This document shows, piece by piece, positions 17,701 through 28,000 of a DNA stretch of 64,000 nt. The stretch comes from an uncultured virus (IMG/VR IMGVR_UViG_3300034120_003123). Its lineage: Duplodnaviria > Heunggongvirae > Uroviricota > Caudoviricetes. The position numbers and the translations under genes were made by a program. The DNA lies in the IMG/VR virus record IMGVR_UViG_3300034120_003123, one strand, 5' to 3'. The stretch's first letter is position 1; every line of letters starts with the position of its first letter. The notes beneath the pieces are model-generated. The model saw only the letters and a program-made list of their open reading frames with translations, was not told the origin of the DNA and did no database searches.

Positions 17701-20600
17701 GGATAGCTCTGCTCTCCATTTTCGTTAATCCTAAATATTCTAAAGAAATTCCTAAATCCAGGTATGTCAACTGAAAATCTATTTTTCTTTGTTATTGATG
17801 AATTAAATTGGTATGCAAATGCACACTCATTGACATCACCATCTACGTAAGAATCAAAAACACTTATTCCATCATCTGCAGAAACTGGACCGATGTCGTC
17901 CCCGTAGCAAATTCTTGCTCTCAAGTCGGACTGAATGATTCTACCAGGAGGAGTATTTGGAGGGTTACCAAAAGTAGAATCACCTTGATACCTACCATAA
18001 TTAGCTGGGCCTGCAATATCCTCATCTAAAAGTCTAAGAGGACCAGATTCTTGTTTATATTTTATAACAATTCTGTGTCCAGTGTTGTCAAGATTAGTAA
18101 ACCAAGAAAGCAGTAAAAGTCTGTCGCCATTATCTTTAGGCACAAAAGAGCTTTCATATTCTATTTCTGCACTAGATACACTTTCTTTTCTGCATGAAAC
18201 TTCTGAAATTTTTCCCTTAAAGCCATTGTCGCTAATATCTCCTAACTCTATAGCATTAATGTAATTAGAATAAAACAAGGATATTAGCTCTTTGTAATAA
18301 CCAAGCAAAAAAGAATCAACCGGCACACCGTTTACATAAAGAGTACACGTATTCCAATCTTCAGATATATTTACAGATACATGGTTCCATGACTCAACTT
18401 CAAAACTAAATGATAAAACACCAACAGTAGTTCCGTTTAGTCTGACAGATATTTTTTCGCTTCCCAACTTTATTTCAAACAGTTTTTCTCCAGAACGTAT
18501 AGAAATAAAGTTTTTTTCTATAGTACCTATATTTTGAAACAAATAACACCAAAATGAAATATTAAGACCATTAAAAACCGATTGAAGACTTCCAGTCCAA
18601 GAACATAGGCTATTTCTTCCAGTCAGTCTAAGCCCAGATCCCTTTCCTACATTAGAATCTGCGTCTACAGGAGGAGACTCTGACTCGTCAAGCCAAATAA
18701 TTGAGTTTCTAGCAGCACTAGGAATAAAAAGGTGTAAGTTATTTCCAGAAAAATCATATACTTTACTGCCAGAGCCTTCGTTCATATGGTATATAAAAAA
18801 TGATCTCTCATCTCTACGAATACCAGTACCTATTAACTCTTTGCCTGATAAGCTTTTTATACCCTTTACGATTTCGTTTGACCGTGTTTTTGCTTTTATT
18901 ATAGAAGGAGAGCCTAGTCTATTATTACTGTCTAGTGGATAAATACTATAGTAATAATCAACTGATTCTTCTAGACCAGTATCATAAAATACTTTATCAA
19001 AACCATTGAATAAAATTTCTCCATCAGTAGGACTAGACGGAGCAACACCTTTCTTTCTTACTATGTGGCATCCTCTAAAGTTTGTATATTTACCTTGAAG
19101 AAATCCTGTTCTCACAGAATCTGGATCATTGCTGTCTTCTACATTATTTTCAATTGCACCAAACCACTCCACTATCACTGGAGTGCCTTTGAATGTTGTC
19201 AAAGAATAGCTGACACTGCCAGGATATATTTGCTCAAACTTGTCAACTATGTCATTAATCAATCCAAATCTTTCACCGCTTACATCTGACCAAGACATAC
19301 TTCCGCTATGATCTAAAACAAATGATTGGTGTCTATCTGGTAAATTCAGAGCATAATATTCACCACGATCATCTGACAACAAGGCAAAATTGTCTTTTAA
19401 ATTTTCTGAAATAGAATTATCTGTAATTTTACTTATTTCTAGTGGAACCCCAACAGGCGGCTGTATAACAACTTTGTTTTTTGTAAAATTATCACCTGAA
19501 TCTTCACTACTATATTTATTATCTGATGAAAAAATATCTAAAGAAATAGTTTTTTGCTGTATTCCTAAATCTTCACCCATTAACTTAAAAGTCTTACCAG
19601 ATACTCCAGATGAATCTGCAGAATAAGAAAAATGCCACAAACTATTATTATAGTGCTCACTAAAAATAACACATAATTTATTTAATAATGTTTCATCTGC
19701 TGATATACCGCCAGGTATAATCGAAATAACAGATCTAGGATTTTCTGAAAAATCAGAAAGTTTAAAAGAAACACTTTTCTCTAAAGAATAAAATTTGCTG
19801 TCTTCATAAAGACCAAACAAACCAATTATTCTTGCTTCACCCTGTTTAATGGTATTCAAAAATGAATTAAATGATAATGGATGAGATTCTGCTAATGAAT
19901 TTACCCTATAAGAACTAAAAGTAGAGGAGTTGACACTTGCGGTATTTCTCAAAGACAAACCGCTAGTATCAAAATGTGTCTTTTTAAAAATAGTAAAACC
20001 TTCAACTATAAAATTTGAAGTATCTAAATCAATAAAATCAAATGACTCATTACTTGCAACACTCATATTAAATATATAACGACCAGCTACAAGAGCAGAA
20101 AATTCAATAGTAATCCACACTGAGTCTTGTCCAATTTGTGACATATTATGCTGAAAATCAAAAATTTTATTATCTTGATTTACAGGCACTTCACTAAAGA
20201 CCCCATATCTATCAGGGTAAAAAAGGTAAGAAGTAGTGTTGGTCCCAGGAAGCAAAGAATGAGAAATAGTTAAAGATGAGCATATAGAAATCCCATTTTC
20301 TTTTGAAACTTTAAACGCAGCTACATAATCTCCCTCATCTTTAATATCTACTGAGAATGAAATGCTTCCAGAAGAATATTCAGAGGTATCGGCTACAGAA
20401 GCATCTAAAGACACTTTGCCCAATTTCATAGAAATATCTGACAAAGATGGATAATTAGTTTTGTAAGGAACCCAATAAGAATCAGAATTAAAAAAATTAA
20501 CTGCCAAATAAGATATCTGATCTTCTAAAATTGAAGACTGCTGATCGTATAAAAGCTTAAAGCTGCATCCATTCAGTGAACATTTACTAAAATTAATCAT
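8703..20600 (-). CDS. Giant 3965-aa multidomain virion/adhesin protein: split vWA, FN3, LamG, invasin-type Ig repeats, Kelch propeller, PPC-like domain, Ser/Gly linkers, C-terminal Ig-like repeats
   Basis: vWA: FVLDHSGSMS (~19300) and GSSPIFDGI/ILILSD/QTGG (~11150-10860). LamG: YHMNEGSG..VYDFSGN, WNHV, LYVNG, FKG.I.EV. FN3: IRLKWDVP, YYAIVSRD. Ig: PVPDGT twice. Kelch: LYSIGG/IYLIGG/VYLFGG. PPC: GDVDLFAF...TYYFQIS...GAYRI. No signal peptide. Confidence 0.85.
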   Translation of the reverse strand: MINFSKCSLNGCSFKLLYDQQSSILEDQISYLAVNFFNSDSYWVPYKTNYPSLSDISMKLGKVSLDASVADTSEYSSGSISFSVDIKDEGDYVAAFKVSKENGISICSSLTISHSLLPGTNTTSYLFYPDRYGVFSEVPVNQDNKIFDFQHNMSQIGQDSVWITIEFSALVAGRYIFNMSVASNESFDFIDLDTSNFIVEGFTIFKKTHFDTSGLSLRNTASVNSSTFSSYRVNSLAESHPLSFNSFLNTIKQGEARIIGLFGLYEDSKFYSLEKSVSFKLSDFSENPRSVISIIPGGISADETLLNKLCVIFSEHYNNSLWHFSYSADSSGVSGKTFKLMGEDLGIQQKTISLDIFSSDNKYSSEDSGDNFTKNKVVIQPPVGVPLEISKITDNSISENLKDNFALLSDDRGEYYALNLPDRHQSFVLDHSGSMSWSDVSGERFGLINDIVDKFEQIYPGSVSYSLTTFKGTPVIVEWFGAIENNVEDSNDPDSVRTGFLQGKYTNFRGCHIVRKKGVAPSSPTDGEILFNGFDKVFYDTGLEESVDYYYSIYPLDSNNRLGSPSIIKAKTRSNEIVKGIKSLSGKELIGTGIRRDERSFFIYHMNEGSGSKVYDFSGNNLHLFIPSAARNSIIWLDESESPPVDADSNVGKGSGLRLTGRNSLCSWTGSLQSVFNGLNISFWCYLFQNIGTIEKNFISIRSGEKLFEIKLGSEKISVRLNGTTVGVLSFSFEVESWNHVSVNISEDWNTCTLYVNGVPVDSFLLGYYKELISLFYSNYINAIELGDISDNGFKGKISEVSCRKESVSSAEIEYESSFVPKDNGDRLLLLSWFTNLDNTGHRIVIKYKQESGPLRLLDEDIAGPANYGRYQGDSTFGNPPNTPPGRIIQSDLRARICYGDDIGPVSADDGISVFDSYVDGDVNECAFAYQFNSSITKKNRFSVDIPGFRNFFRIFRINENGEQSYPDDSGLLEYTPASYEDSSLPNNGVGAVENISVITGNRKIRLKWDVPQNSNIESVIIYYSDEPIEEDFLDRSDNYPQKYPVFAGIKEQNSFTHFYGRVRDSQRKSAAPGSFQSTLTAAIAESEDDLDNGKTAYYAIVSRDQYGRMSSPVFVNGTPNEENNDSGIPPENIIAHRAYGVDYNTISLRWINPVSASRFFDINGWLDDNVVLYFRVTDIYGRRIDEQGDFQIKFRFNDFLNGIVFTSISGGDDIKPASIVGLFDTENGSPVVENISFSELVSYNVSNLSNGWTRITVNTNNASLSDRNWADAVYTEVSMVFVRNNNVGQDPIFSFSTQPIRIYLKHPLKFDLIVNDAVFYSPQSYSISGPNASGPAICDYVYNGGNTDIGGESLVYGAYNGRSLPYTFAVNASYKNSPLPVGSTANIDIFEDSEPSFANTIDGPALLLRGGFSGIVGANPELGTPASQAGLSNEGLIVRNSYPFSTTISPISGQILFEDTPSGKESFGIGEIRVPGSRSFGRVFATVRVGLFYRTLGFYVAFIPTLYVKINASAPNPDGEDVATQYAYAYIVDPNKFRISMNENFNGNISIENFAKPVPDGTQVLWRLTKMRNAIDRPFYSTSQRSVSGNAVDKTIDGISQNVVFGPAANINSSIIEVDSGNVLLIPEEYVITATVSYGGATASASQAACIYPVTVNADQVLPAISQTSFYFAGKSFGKNVSYVQSVYADGEDFAVLEIIKDPRLLLGSDSDIRIEDIKAFCKCYNADGTNGGVENAYLTTLPTNQIIEIKANKLPDCQGSGLSSYIRGKIEILHGSSLNYYVGSNGKLLASSNEIGLDSTLTEVRESNRADIVVRANTFIPLKWKYYTKLEADPGPLTPVFCNFINSGFASSVYHNVTISASTSVIINGMEKSIFSDGGIASGNPPKMLKFIEPLYLQFAYILKNGQKVNGEVIEVDGNSVYEFIFAIKFAGLPVPDGTEVKFYKCGSNELVLNSNVGYTFTKEEIGPWSYGPNGELETSSISMVSMKISPISPVNPIFGSLFAEINYDKNGQVFRQRVAGIDFVYTGANSLAVTSSNLPNTGSGAVNTGNDPGNGQFGSGLPSGGGSAGGNGQSNNFGSIGGGTSGSPPGSNPATSLLPFPEIFAELENATSRLLINTAFSNECYIYDLLVSDASYKWRKIANMNLRRAMHVSEFVSGNLYSIGGLVGFTSSDTNADATVLVTDTCERWNPSENRWTTARKCLSKRFGCLSCADDRFIYLIGGFETKLKGSISPSGQAVQSRVPYVSRRFERYDTITNTWLSMAPMPVFDLNGNQLDIAAENTLTDRIGNDDVNFEQYGCALGKAFIKNNKIIIINGARKVDDKLNVEKYNDKIMVYDIGTNTWSVSANIPSSLASEFCRLYPIVWEENDSVHIYGGSSSIIENVNAEVGDEEFIIEKNRSFALQNSFGIPLEDIVYGAISIENIYRSDYLFGNLPKARDQVSFAHIYGEGVYLFGGRVFAQNESLGTNATRTAERISEVDEAYIVENLVKSPFGFSNTGCTNDGSRLIYITGGTTTNQSPGFVRLEIEAYGEQTEQINTERFSSIEPANATVRLDGFSGVDLKISAYDDEGDYVVGNLEVEISGLLAYGTGDDELEGGASIGGMQRAPTLNRRRKRKGTRVYPIVLNPYRVNLSNGIGYSRLEGRSEDVLKSLTEIQEILNADLSADQAVLGTASELQLRQGSVRFPYRISIVGRVIDDFYFGKTSYVSTEDQEVQQEVFLPENEVTDVIADAGDFGSATVMPPMLPAYASSSSPLPIADYGPVLTCSAIGVIGPVGDVDLFAFIPPKSGVYTITIEQRGFSQLLPMVSVFNESQFPYPINGTASNEIRFDNFGYSSDGRTANIELLKDVTYYFQISSYAGADSAEVNKVGAYRIRFTIPIAIIQNQGTSSSSSSSSGNNSSSSSSSNQNSGEVVSFNIFEYVTENTIANLSTPWSSVLRDFYNTYFRFLLANGGYNSQALQVAIDTVNSISSCPFKCPSCVESTGGNDACSAANFECTGSDNTTCVTIIGLGNILLPSTSSSSSSSNFNSSSSSSNNVYDPYSEYSDGSNFVEPYNPDIPPFELPPAGSNELIIEDIPFETLSIPASSIFSGENASSLREGDSPIVQYYSDIDWIPEINTDLFTGLTASYDLKMKVRKIKQSIPFGSSPIFDGINDAARLIKSTFDSDQIIKNILILSDNDENTSGISPLQVIENVNAIDGSRKVKINSFNISTFYPVTVSAQASRANMSGVGEVVKQTGGSNFALLSSSLLDEASEFAFTGSAGSAGAGKLSLTLDFEEQIIINSVNPNIEIGKADFISYKIAYSNDGENYTYIPEEFDAGTACQVNVKSKYLKIDFEGIIDFDKIDEYFSADPYDPYSESIKISKYDLSKIRGINLNISAADDNYIYLDKISLSSAPQQIIIFVNWEGPSDSEISAGVSTSDSGDWKDYSRDAQNVAMGSGKVIIPIRYKDKFNVIREELAQISPFVFELPHGSVHKNAVIAIYKDNGDLLNESEYAVDRDLGLIRMQYSMYGEKLYVTVDEEKSLKIGVKASFGTKPGNISISSIGYMLTVNENLTPVNVNQPPIAVNVRINPLIVYPYTNVYVSYRYLDQDGDVEDVDKRVIKWYKNGVEIPELMNILSYNDLHDSEDVTYSFYYTSNYAEIEAMSPGVTAELLASFANERIFEPGDQIYFTVQVHDGVQLSNAFRSPTVTVSDYPVSPSSITIRSRYASAADIKLTTGGVLGGGGNAADPANFGQLANEFTNRTRLFLDFDLFSPAAFNLAVVTWYVVDNAGNIITFKSGKISDVQSGMYSIGPSDINIFNFEAVKIGHQIYADLFIPRNAAPGILNDITIRSNTVTITNLVPRASSVVLEKIVDAGTVISYWRFTYMFEDEDVYQNEPGQSDNSTIRLYKKTPAEDVFTLETRITDPLNFFIPSDYYDEGTQIYLEVIPFDNVAYGASVKSEIATWTRPSGPPL

Positions 20601-22090
20601 GATATAAATTTAATTTTTCTATCTATTAGGTTATCGTTAGATAGATTTAAATAAGAATTAGACTCTGTAATATTTATATCATTAGTAATTTTTATCCTTG
20701 CAGGCACATATGATGGATCTATTGGTTCACCCCAAATATCAGGAGATGTGAATATGTAATTTAAAGCTCTATTTCCTACTTTAGCCCAAAAAGAAAGGGA
20801 AGTACCATATAGTTGATTTTGAAAATATCTATTTTCAACACTAGAAGATAAAGTCCCATTTCTGTCAGGATAATGAAAGAAAGACAAATCTATTTTGCCA
20901 TATCCAATTTCTTGATTTATAAATGTTCCATTCAGTCCATGTAGCGTATTTGATACTGTTACTATAGAACCCATATATATTAAACGATTACCAATACAAG
21001 TAAAAAACATTGTACTAGAATCTCCAACTCCAAGAGTATCTAAACATGCATTTTGATATGCTAATGCATCTATAAATTGACTAGATTTTATATTTAATAT
21101 ATTAATAAAAGAGTCATTTTTAAAAAAACCAGATATCGCATTACAACACATTCCACGTCCAGACAAGTCTATTGCTACAAGTGGAATTTTTCTTGTTTTA
21201 GTAGCTTCGTCAGGATATTTCTTATAAGCTATATCTGGAACATTAGCTAATAAAACACCTGGAGGAAGCGGACTGTCAAGCAACCCTATTCCCTGATCAT
21301 TTTGAAAAAATGGAATATTATCATTATCTTCATTCTTTAAAATATAACTAGGTAGGTTAAAATTAAATTTTTTTACTATTCTTCTATTGATAATAGTTTT
21401 TTCAATGGTGTCATAAAATAATAAATCATATCCCATATATGGCCAAACGTGCTCAGAAAAACATACATGCATAGGAGTTACAGCCACAGCCTGCCTAAAG
21501 CCGTGCTTATTTGCACTGTAAGGAACAGGTAGTGGAATTCTATCAAATAATGCTACACAAGAAAATTTTTGATCTAAATTATTAAAAATAGTATTATTAT
21601 AAAAATTTCTATTTAATGGAAAAATTCTATTAAAAATTGCGCCATCTGAATGAGTAGAAAAATCAAACAAATCATGATATGTAGGGTTGTACCCTATTTC
21701 TTTAATTCCTGATTTTTCTATAGAAGATCCATCTGCAGTGTAAACTTTCCAATCACGCGCAGCATATCTGACAGCTCCACTTTTTGCGCCAACAACTATA
21801 TCGTCCTTACAGATACCTCTATTTCTAAAAACTGGAGGATTATAGCCATTTGATACAAGACGCAAATTATTAGTGCTAGCGTCAAAGCCAGACACAATAG
21901 CAAATGGTGCTTCGTAAATTTTAAAATAACCTGGAAAACCAAGATACTCGGCAGAAGAATTAGAAACTTCTATTTTTCCCAAAAAGTATACATTTTCTCT
22001 ATAAATAAAAGACTTGTCACCCATTGGCCCTGGAAATCCGCCACATTCTAACATATATTCATTAGATAAAGAAGCCATATATGCCATCAT
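20597..22090 (-). CDS. 497-aa protein with trypsin-like (PA clan) protease-fold domain
   Basis: AVTPMHVCFSEH (His), DQGIGLLDSPLP (Asp), GVGDSST (Ser); parallels the N-terminal domain of the 5595-aa protein. ATGA coupling at both ends. Confidence 0.65.
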   Translation of the reverse strand: MMAYMASLSNEYMLECGGFPGPMGDKSFIYRENVYFLGKIEVSNSSAEYLGFPGYFKIYEAPFAIVSGFDASTNNLRLVSNGYNPPVFRNRGICKDDIVVGAKSGAVRYAARDWKVYTADGSSIEKSGIKEIGYNPTYHDLFDFSTHSDGAIFNRIFPLNRNFYNNTIFNNLDQKFSCVALFDRIPLPVPYSANKHGFRQAVAVTPMHVCFSEHVWPYMGYDLLFYDTIEKTIINRRIVKKFNFNLPSYILKNEDNDNIPFFQNDQGIGLLDSPLPPGVLLANVPDIAYKKYPDEATKTRKIPLVAIDLSGRGMCCNAISGFFKNDSFINILNIKSSQFIDALAYQNACLDTLGVGDSSTMFFTCIGNRLIYMGSIVTVSNTLHGLNGTFINQEIGYGKIDLSFFHYPDRNGTLSSSVENRYFQNQLYGTSLSFWAKVGNRALNYIFTSPDIWGEPIDPSYVPARIKITNDINITESNSYLNLSNDNLIDRKIKFIS

Positions 22091-25000
22091 ATACTCCTGT
22101 TTAAAGTTTTAACAATGTTTTTATTCTTAGAATACACATTGTTATTAGAGAATACAAGTACATCAGATCCGCTTGTAACCAGTATAATTGGTTTAGCAAT
22201 AGGAGTTTGTATAATATCAAAATAATTAGCAGGATCTTCAGAGACGAAAAGTGCCCCATCAGACCTTAATGCGTACACAGTAGCACCAACAAGATTTGAA
22301 CCAACTTGATTTTCCTCTACAACTATATCAACAAAAGAAGTAGAACTATTTGCAATAACAGATTCTGTAGCAAGAGTCGCTTGCAGACTGCTAGACCCAA
22401 GCATATTAAGTGCAGAGATGAACACTCCCTTATCGGTTGCAACTACATATCTATTAAAGAATTTTGCTACAGATCTTACATGATACGAAGCAGTTTCTGT
22501 AGATATTTTTGAGAACGATTGATTGTTGCTTGTCCAGTATATATTTTTTCCTAAACCAATATTAGAACTACTAGTAGGTGTGAATTTATATATTCCATCT
22601 GGCATATTTGATCCAGTAATCGAAGGAATATAAACTTTAATAAAATTTGGTGCATCATAAAATTTATAGAATATTCCAGAACTTGTACTTAATACAAATT
22701 CAGAATCATTGCCATATCCGCATATAGGAGAGCCAATCCCTCCTGGATAGCCAACTGAATATCTTAATTCCATTTCAAAGGTGAAAACCGCAAGCCTACT
22801 CGAAGTACAAACAGTTATTCCATCATCGAATACGTTAGCACTCAGCAAATTCTCTCCATCTTCAAAGTTAAAGTTTATAAAATCAAAATCTAAATTGTTG
22901 TTTAATTTGCCAAGGTTTTTACTACCAACTATAAGCATGAATTCATTATTAACTGCTACAACTTGCTGTAAAACGCCAAGTTCCTTAACTGCTTGAGAAC
23001 TAGAAACAATCTTTTTATGCAAAATGTCTGAAGAAAGATTATCTATGTTTCTAGAAGTAATTTCTTCAAAATTAGTTACAAACGAACCGCTTGATTCGAC
23101 CGCTTCTTTTTGAGAAGTAAATGATTTATAGTAACCAAGATAATTAGTTTCATATCTGATGCTATCAACATACATATCTAGCATCTTGCTTCTTTGAGAT
23201 ATTACATTGATATTTTCTACTTGACCTAAACCTGCAGTTAGCCCGGTATTAACACCTTCAAAAGAATCCTCCAGAACTGCATGAGGAACAGAACCTGCAT
23301 ATTTAATCGACTCATTTTTGACTTCTAAAGATATAACATCATATTTGCCAACCTTTGAGCCGTTAAAGAACGTAATAATTCCACTATATGAATCTCCTTT
23401 TGCTATAACAACAGGACTCAATTGACTAAAATTAATATTTAGACTGTCTGCTACAGATCCACCAAATCCTGTATTATAATATTGTATGCCAAATTCTTCA
23501 CCTATAGACAAAGATCTTTGACCAGATACATTTGCAAAATTTGCAGCTTGATTAAATTCGTTAGAACTTGATGAGCTTGGTTCTTCTGAAGATGAACTTG
23601 AAGATGAACTTGAAGATGAACCGATAGGACGTGAACTACTTGATGAAGATGCAAAATCAATATACTCATCTTCAAAAGATGATGAACTGCTCGAAGCAAA
23701 ACTACTAGAGCTACTGGAAACTGGCCAAACAAAATTAGGACATTCGCAGCAACCATACCCAAAATTGAGCAATAATATTTGGTCAGCTACATTTATATTG
23801 CCGTCTCCATTTAAATCAGCAGCAACGGATTGTCTGGAATTGTAATTTACCCGACCGGACAGCGCAATAAGTGCATCTAAATCTCTAAAGTCAATAACGC
23901 CATCTCCATTTATGTCGGGGCACCCATAAGGGCCACTCCATACTCTTGTGCATATTGAAGAACTAGAAGAACTAGAAGAACTAGAAGAACTAGAAGAACT
24001 AGAAGAACTAGAAGAACTAGAAGAGCTAGAAGAACTGCTACTGCTCGAAGATAAAGATGTTTTTTGAATCTCCATTACCACAAATGCATGCATTCCTATT
24101 TTGTCAACATTTACATTCCACATAGAAGATTCTTCATCGTAATATAAAGATATCTCATTGTCATCTACTACAGAATAAGAATCGGAGTAATCAAAATAAC
24201 TTATTTTAAAAGTTATATCCTGAGCACTAGCAAGAGAATTTACTATCCATGAAAAAGATTTATTAGAGTAATCATTAATTGGATAATTTAATCCAAAATA
24301 ATCAAAGCCATCAATTTTTTTGTTTACTGTAGCGTTCAAGCTTTCTGGAAAAAATGCAGAAGACAAATTATTTTCATTGTATATTTGCAACCCATTTAAG
24401 CCAATTGAGCTTCCAACACTAAACTCTATGCTTTTGACGATGCCATCTGCTAATTCAAAATTTCTAGATTCTGTGATAATATTTTCATTTTTTAGCAATA
24501 TGACATTATGATAATGTCCAGCTGAAATTTTAACAACTTTTTTACCATTTAATTCTGGATAATCAAATTGTCCAAAATTATTACTAAATCCAGGTATACC
24601 AGTTTCATAATTTGCCTTACCCCATAATGCCACAGTGCCGTCAGACTTTAAAGCTAAAGTATGAAACACTCCGGTAGAAACATCTACATAATTTCCACTT
24701 CCAGCATAATCTCCACGAGAGTTTGGAACTTCAGATGGAAATGGATTACCATTAAAAAGAGAAAGTGCATCGTAATGACCTCCACTACCCCAATAAACCA
24801 GATTGCCACCTATTGTTAAAGCAACATTGTGACTCATGCACGATGATACTTTTTTTATGCCTTCAGAGAAAGCAGGAGGAGAGCACTGTCCTTTATTATT
24901 TCTACCCCAACACACGACAGAGCCATTTGATTTAATTGCTACCGTATGAAATCTGCCAACAGCAATATCTATAACGTCAACAGCATCTTCTGGAACATCA

Positions 25001-28000
25001 CATTGCCCAAACTTGTTATAACCCCAACACATTACTTTATTGTCCATAGTAATTGCTGCAGTATGAAAATCTCCAGAAGCAATTTTTTTTGCATGCGTTA
25101 GCTGTGTTGGAGTATTTAGTTGGAATGTATATGGTAAAAAAAGTGGCATTTCCAAATCTGGGTCCCAAGGATAGGACCATGCAAACAAGTTATTTACTGT
25201 TGCCATTCCAGGGTCTGCACCAATCCCAAAGACAGAGTTGTCTTCTCTTATAAAATAAGTGTAACCAAATCCACTAGAAACACTTTTAATATTTTTATTA
25301 AAACGTGACGGAATATCAGATTGAGCAAAAGAATTTGCTGCTGGATACCATAAAAGAAAATCTATATAATTATCAACTTTATCAGAAGCCCAATCTGTTA
25401 GGTAAACAGTTTTATCATTCATTATAAATGCAGTATGAAATCTACCAGCAGAAATATCAATAATACTACCACGTAATGGTGGGTCATTATGATAATTATA
25501 ACCTTCTCTTACAACGCCACTACAAAAAACTTCTGGAATTCCATCTCCATCTAAATCATCATTACTGCTTGAACATAATCTAAAGCTATCCCAGCCCCAA
25601 GATCGCACTCTTTTATTTTCAGTAATTACAGAATATACTCCAAAATATGACGTATTCAATGTGCGTACTTTTCCAATATTACCTGGTGGGACAGGACTTA
25701 AATAAAGACCTTCAGTAAATGGATCTGGAGTAGACGAATCTCCACCTGCAGCTTCATAACCCCAGTAAATTAAATCACCAGTTGATTTTAATAACATACC
25801 ACCAAGCCTAGAAGAGGCTATATCTATAATGTCTGTTGAATTTTTAGGAAATTCATATTCAGAATTAATTATTTCATTTTCTCCATGCAAAGTTGCAGTG
25901 CCATTTGCGTGAAGAACAGTTACATACCAAGAACTAGCAGATATTTTGACCGCATCTTCTATGAGAAGAAGATCTGAATAGCCATCCAAGAAAACCCAAT
26001 TACCCCAAATTTTTATTCTTCCATCTCTTAAGAGAACTATATATCCCTTGCCACGCAAAGATACTAAACTACCATCGTCAAATCCATCGTCATCAAAAAA
26101 AGCTTTTGACCAATATGAAGAAACATAATGCACGCTTAATGCATTGGATACTTCTGGACAATTTGTCTCATTTTGCCTGTTAGTGCCCCATGAGAATAAA
26201 GATCCGTTGGATAAAATTATAGTTGCATTGTCTTCACCCATCGCAATTGCAGTTGGAATGCTTTCTCCTATATAGTCAAAAACATCTATATGCAAATTAG
26301 ATTTATCTTTAATAATAAAATTTGTTGATACTAAACTAAAATCTTCAAGTCTTGGAGTAATTGAAACTGAATATTTATTGTCCCAACTCCAAAATACACA
26401 TTTACTACCATTTGGAGAAAACGAAAATTTTCTAACACCACCTAGGGCGCTGAGCCAAAAAGGAAATTTTTCTATGTTACTTTCTTCTGTAGGAACAAGG
26501 CTAATTATAGATTCCCAACCAGCAATGCACCATGCGCCACTTGATCTTGTGCAAACTATAATATCGTTGTTTTGTACACCCATAGCCAAATCGTCAATAA
26601 ATGAATCAAATTTTAAATATTCGGTATCTTGAGTATCAATTTCTAAAATTGAACCAACACTATTAATAATTCTAACAACTTTTCCAAAACCTACAACAAT
26701 ATAGTTATTATCTTGTGAAAATTTCACATAACGAGCAACGTAATCATCATAATTTTCATCGTCAAACTTTAAAGTCCATAAAGAATCGCCACTATCAACA
26801 CTAATTGTTCTCACAAAAGTCCATTTTCCAGTATAAGAATATGAGGCAATCGCAATTTTACTTTCATCATTGCTAATATCAACCTGCTTATGCACATTAG
26901 GATACATCAAAGATGGTATTTCGTCATCAGACAAGTCCTCTATGTAATGTAGGACATTAAAATTAGAGTCTAAAATAGCACCAAGTCTTCCATTTGCATC
27001 AGGCAAATTATAAGTATCTAAAAGCATGACCAACCATTTAGAGCTATTTGGCAAGTATCTTGCATAAGCTATAGGAACAGGATCATCTACATTTAATCCT
27101 GGCGTAAAAATATCCCATATTTTTTTCTTACTTACTATTTCTTGAGATGCAATATTTATTTTGTAGATATACCACAATCCAAATACAAATACATGATTAC
27201 TGTCATCACTTACAGAATGACACAAAATGCTATCATTTATTATATCAGTTTCATTGCCTAGCCAATCAGTCCAAGTCCATGCTGGCATCCATGCGTTTTC
27301 TGGATCTAATCTATTTAAAACTATTGTTGAGGGATTTATGTATGCATTATTTTTTTGAGCAATATTGTATATTTGAGCTATGTTATATGCGTTAAACTCC
27401 CAACTATATGAACATCCAAATATTGCATGCAAGTTATCATTGGTAAATTGTATACTGTTACATGGAAGTATATATAATGGATTTTCTTCAACCCAAACAT
27501 TGTCCGAGCCAAAAATTATATTATCTTCTTCTTCTTGGGTATTAACATTCACTCTTCCTATTTTACCATTTCCATTAATATAATATACACTATCTCCGTC
27601 TTTACTAAACTTTACATCTCTACATATATTATATTGTTTTTTACCATGCACTACTACATCTAAATTACCAGATACTGAATCTACTAGTATAACTCCTAAT
27701 TGAAATAAAGAAGAAGAAAAATTGATTACTGTATTATCTGAAATAAATGCTGGAAGCGGTCTCATTCCAAATTTAGTGCTTCCAGTAGAATACAAATGAC
27801 CGCTATCGTTTAGTACAAATGTATTACCTTCTTGCACTTCTACTTTTTTTGGATTGTCTGAATAACGTATATAAGATTGATCTTTGTTTACATAAAATCT
27901 AGGCAATGTTGTGTACAAATCGTTCCAAGCATTTGCTCTATCATATTCTGCAGGATTTGATCCAGCACCCCAAGCAACAACCTCAAAAGATTCATTTTCA

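Noticed and set aside
11230..19180. Intein as explanation for the split vWA
   Set aside because: No Hint or homing-endonuclease motifs were noticed; the insert consists of adhesion-type domains.
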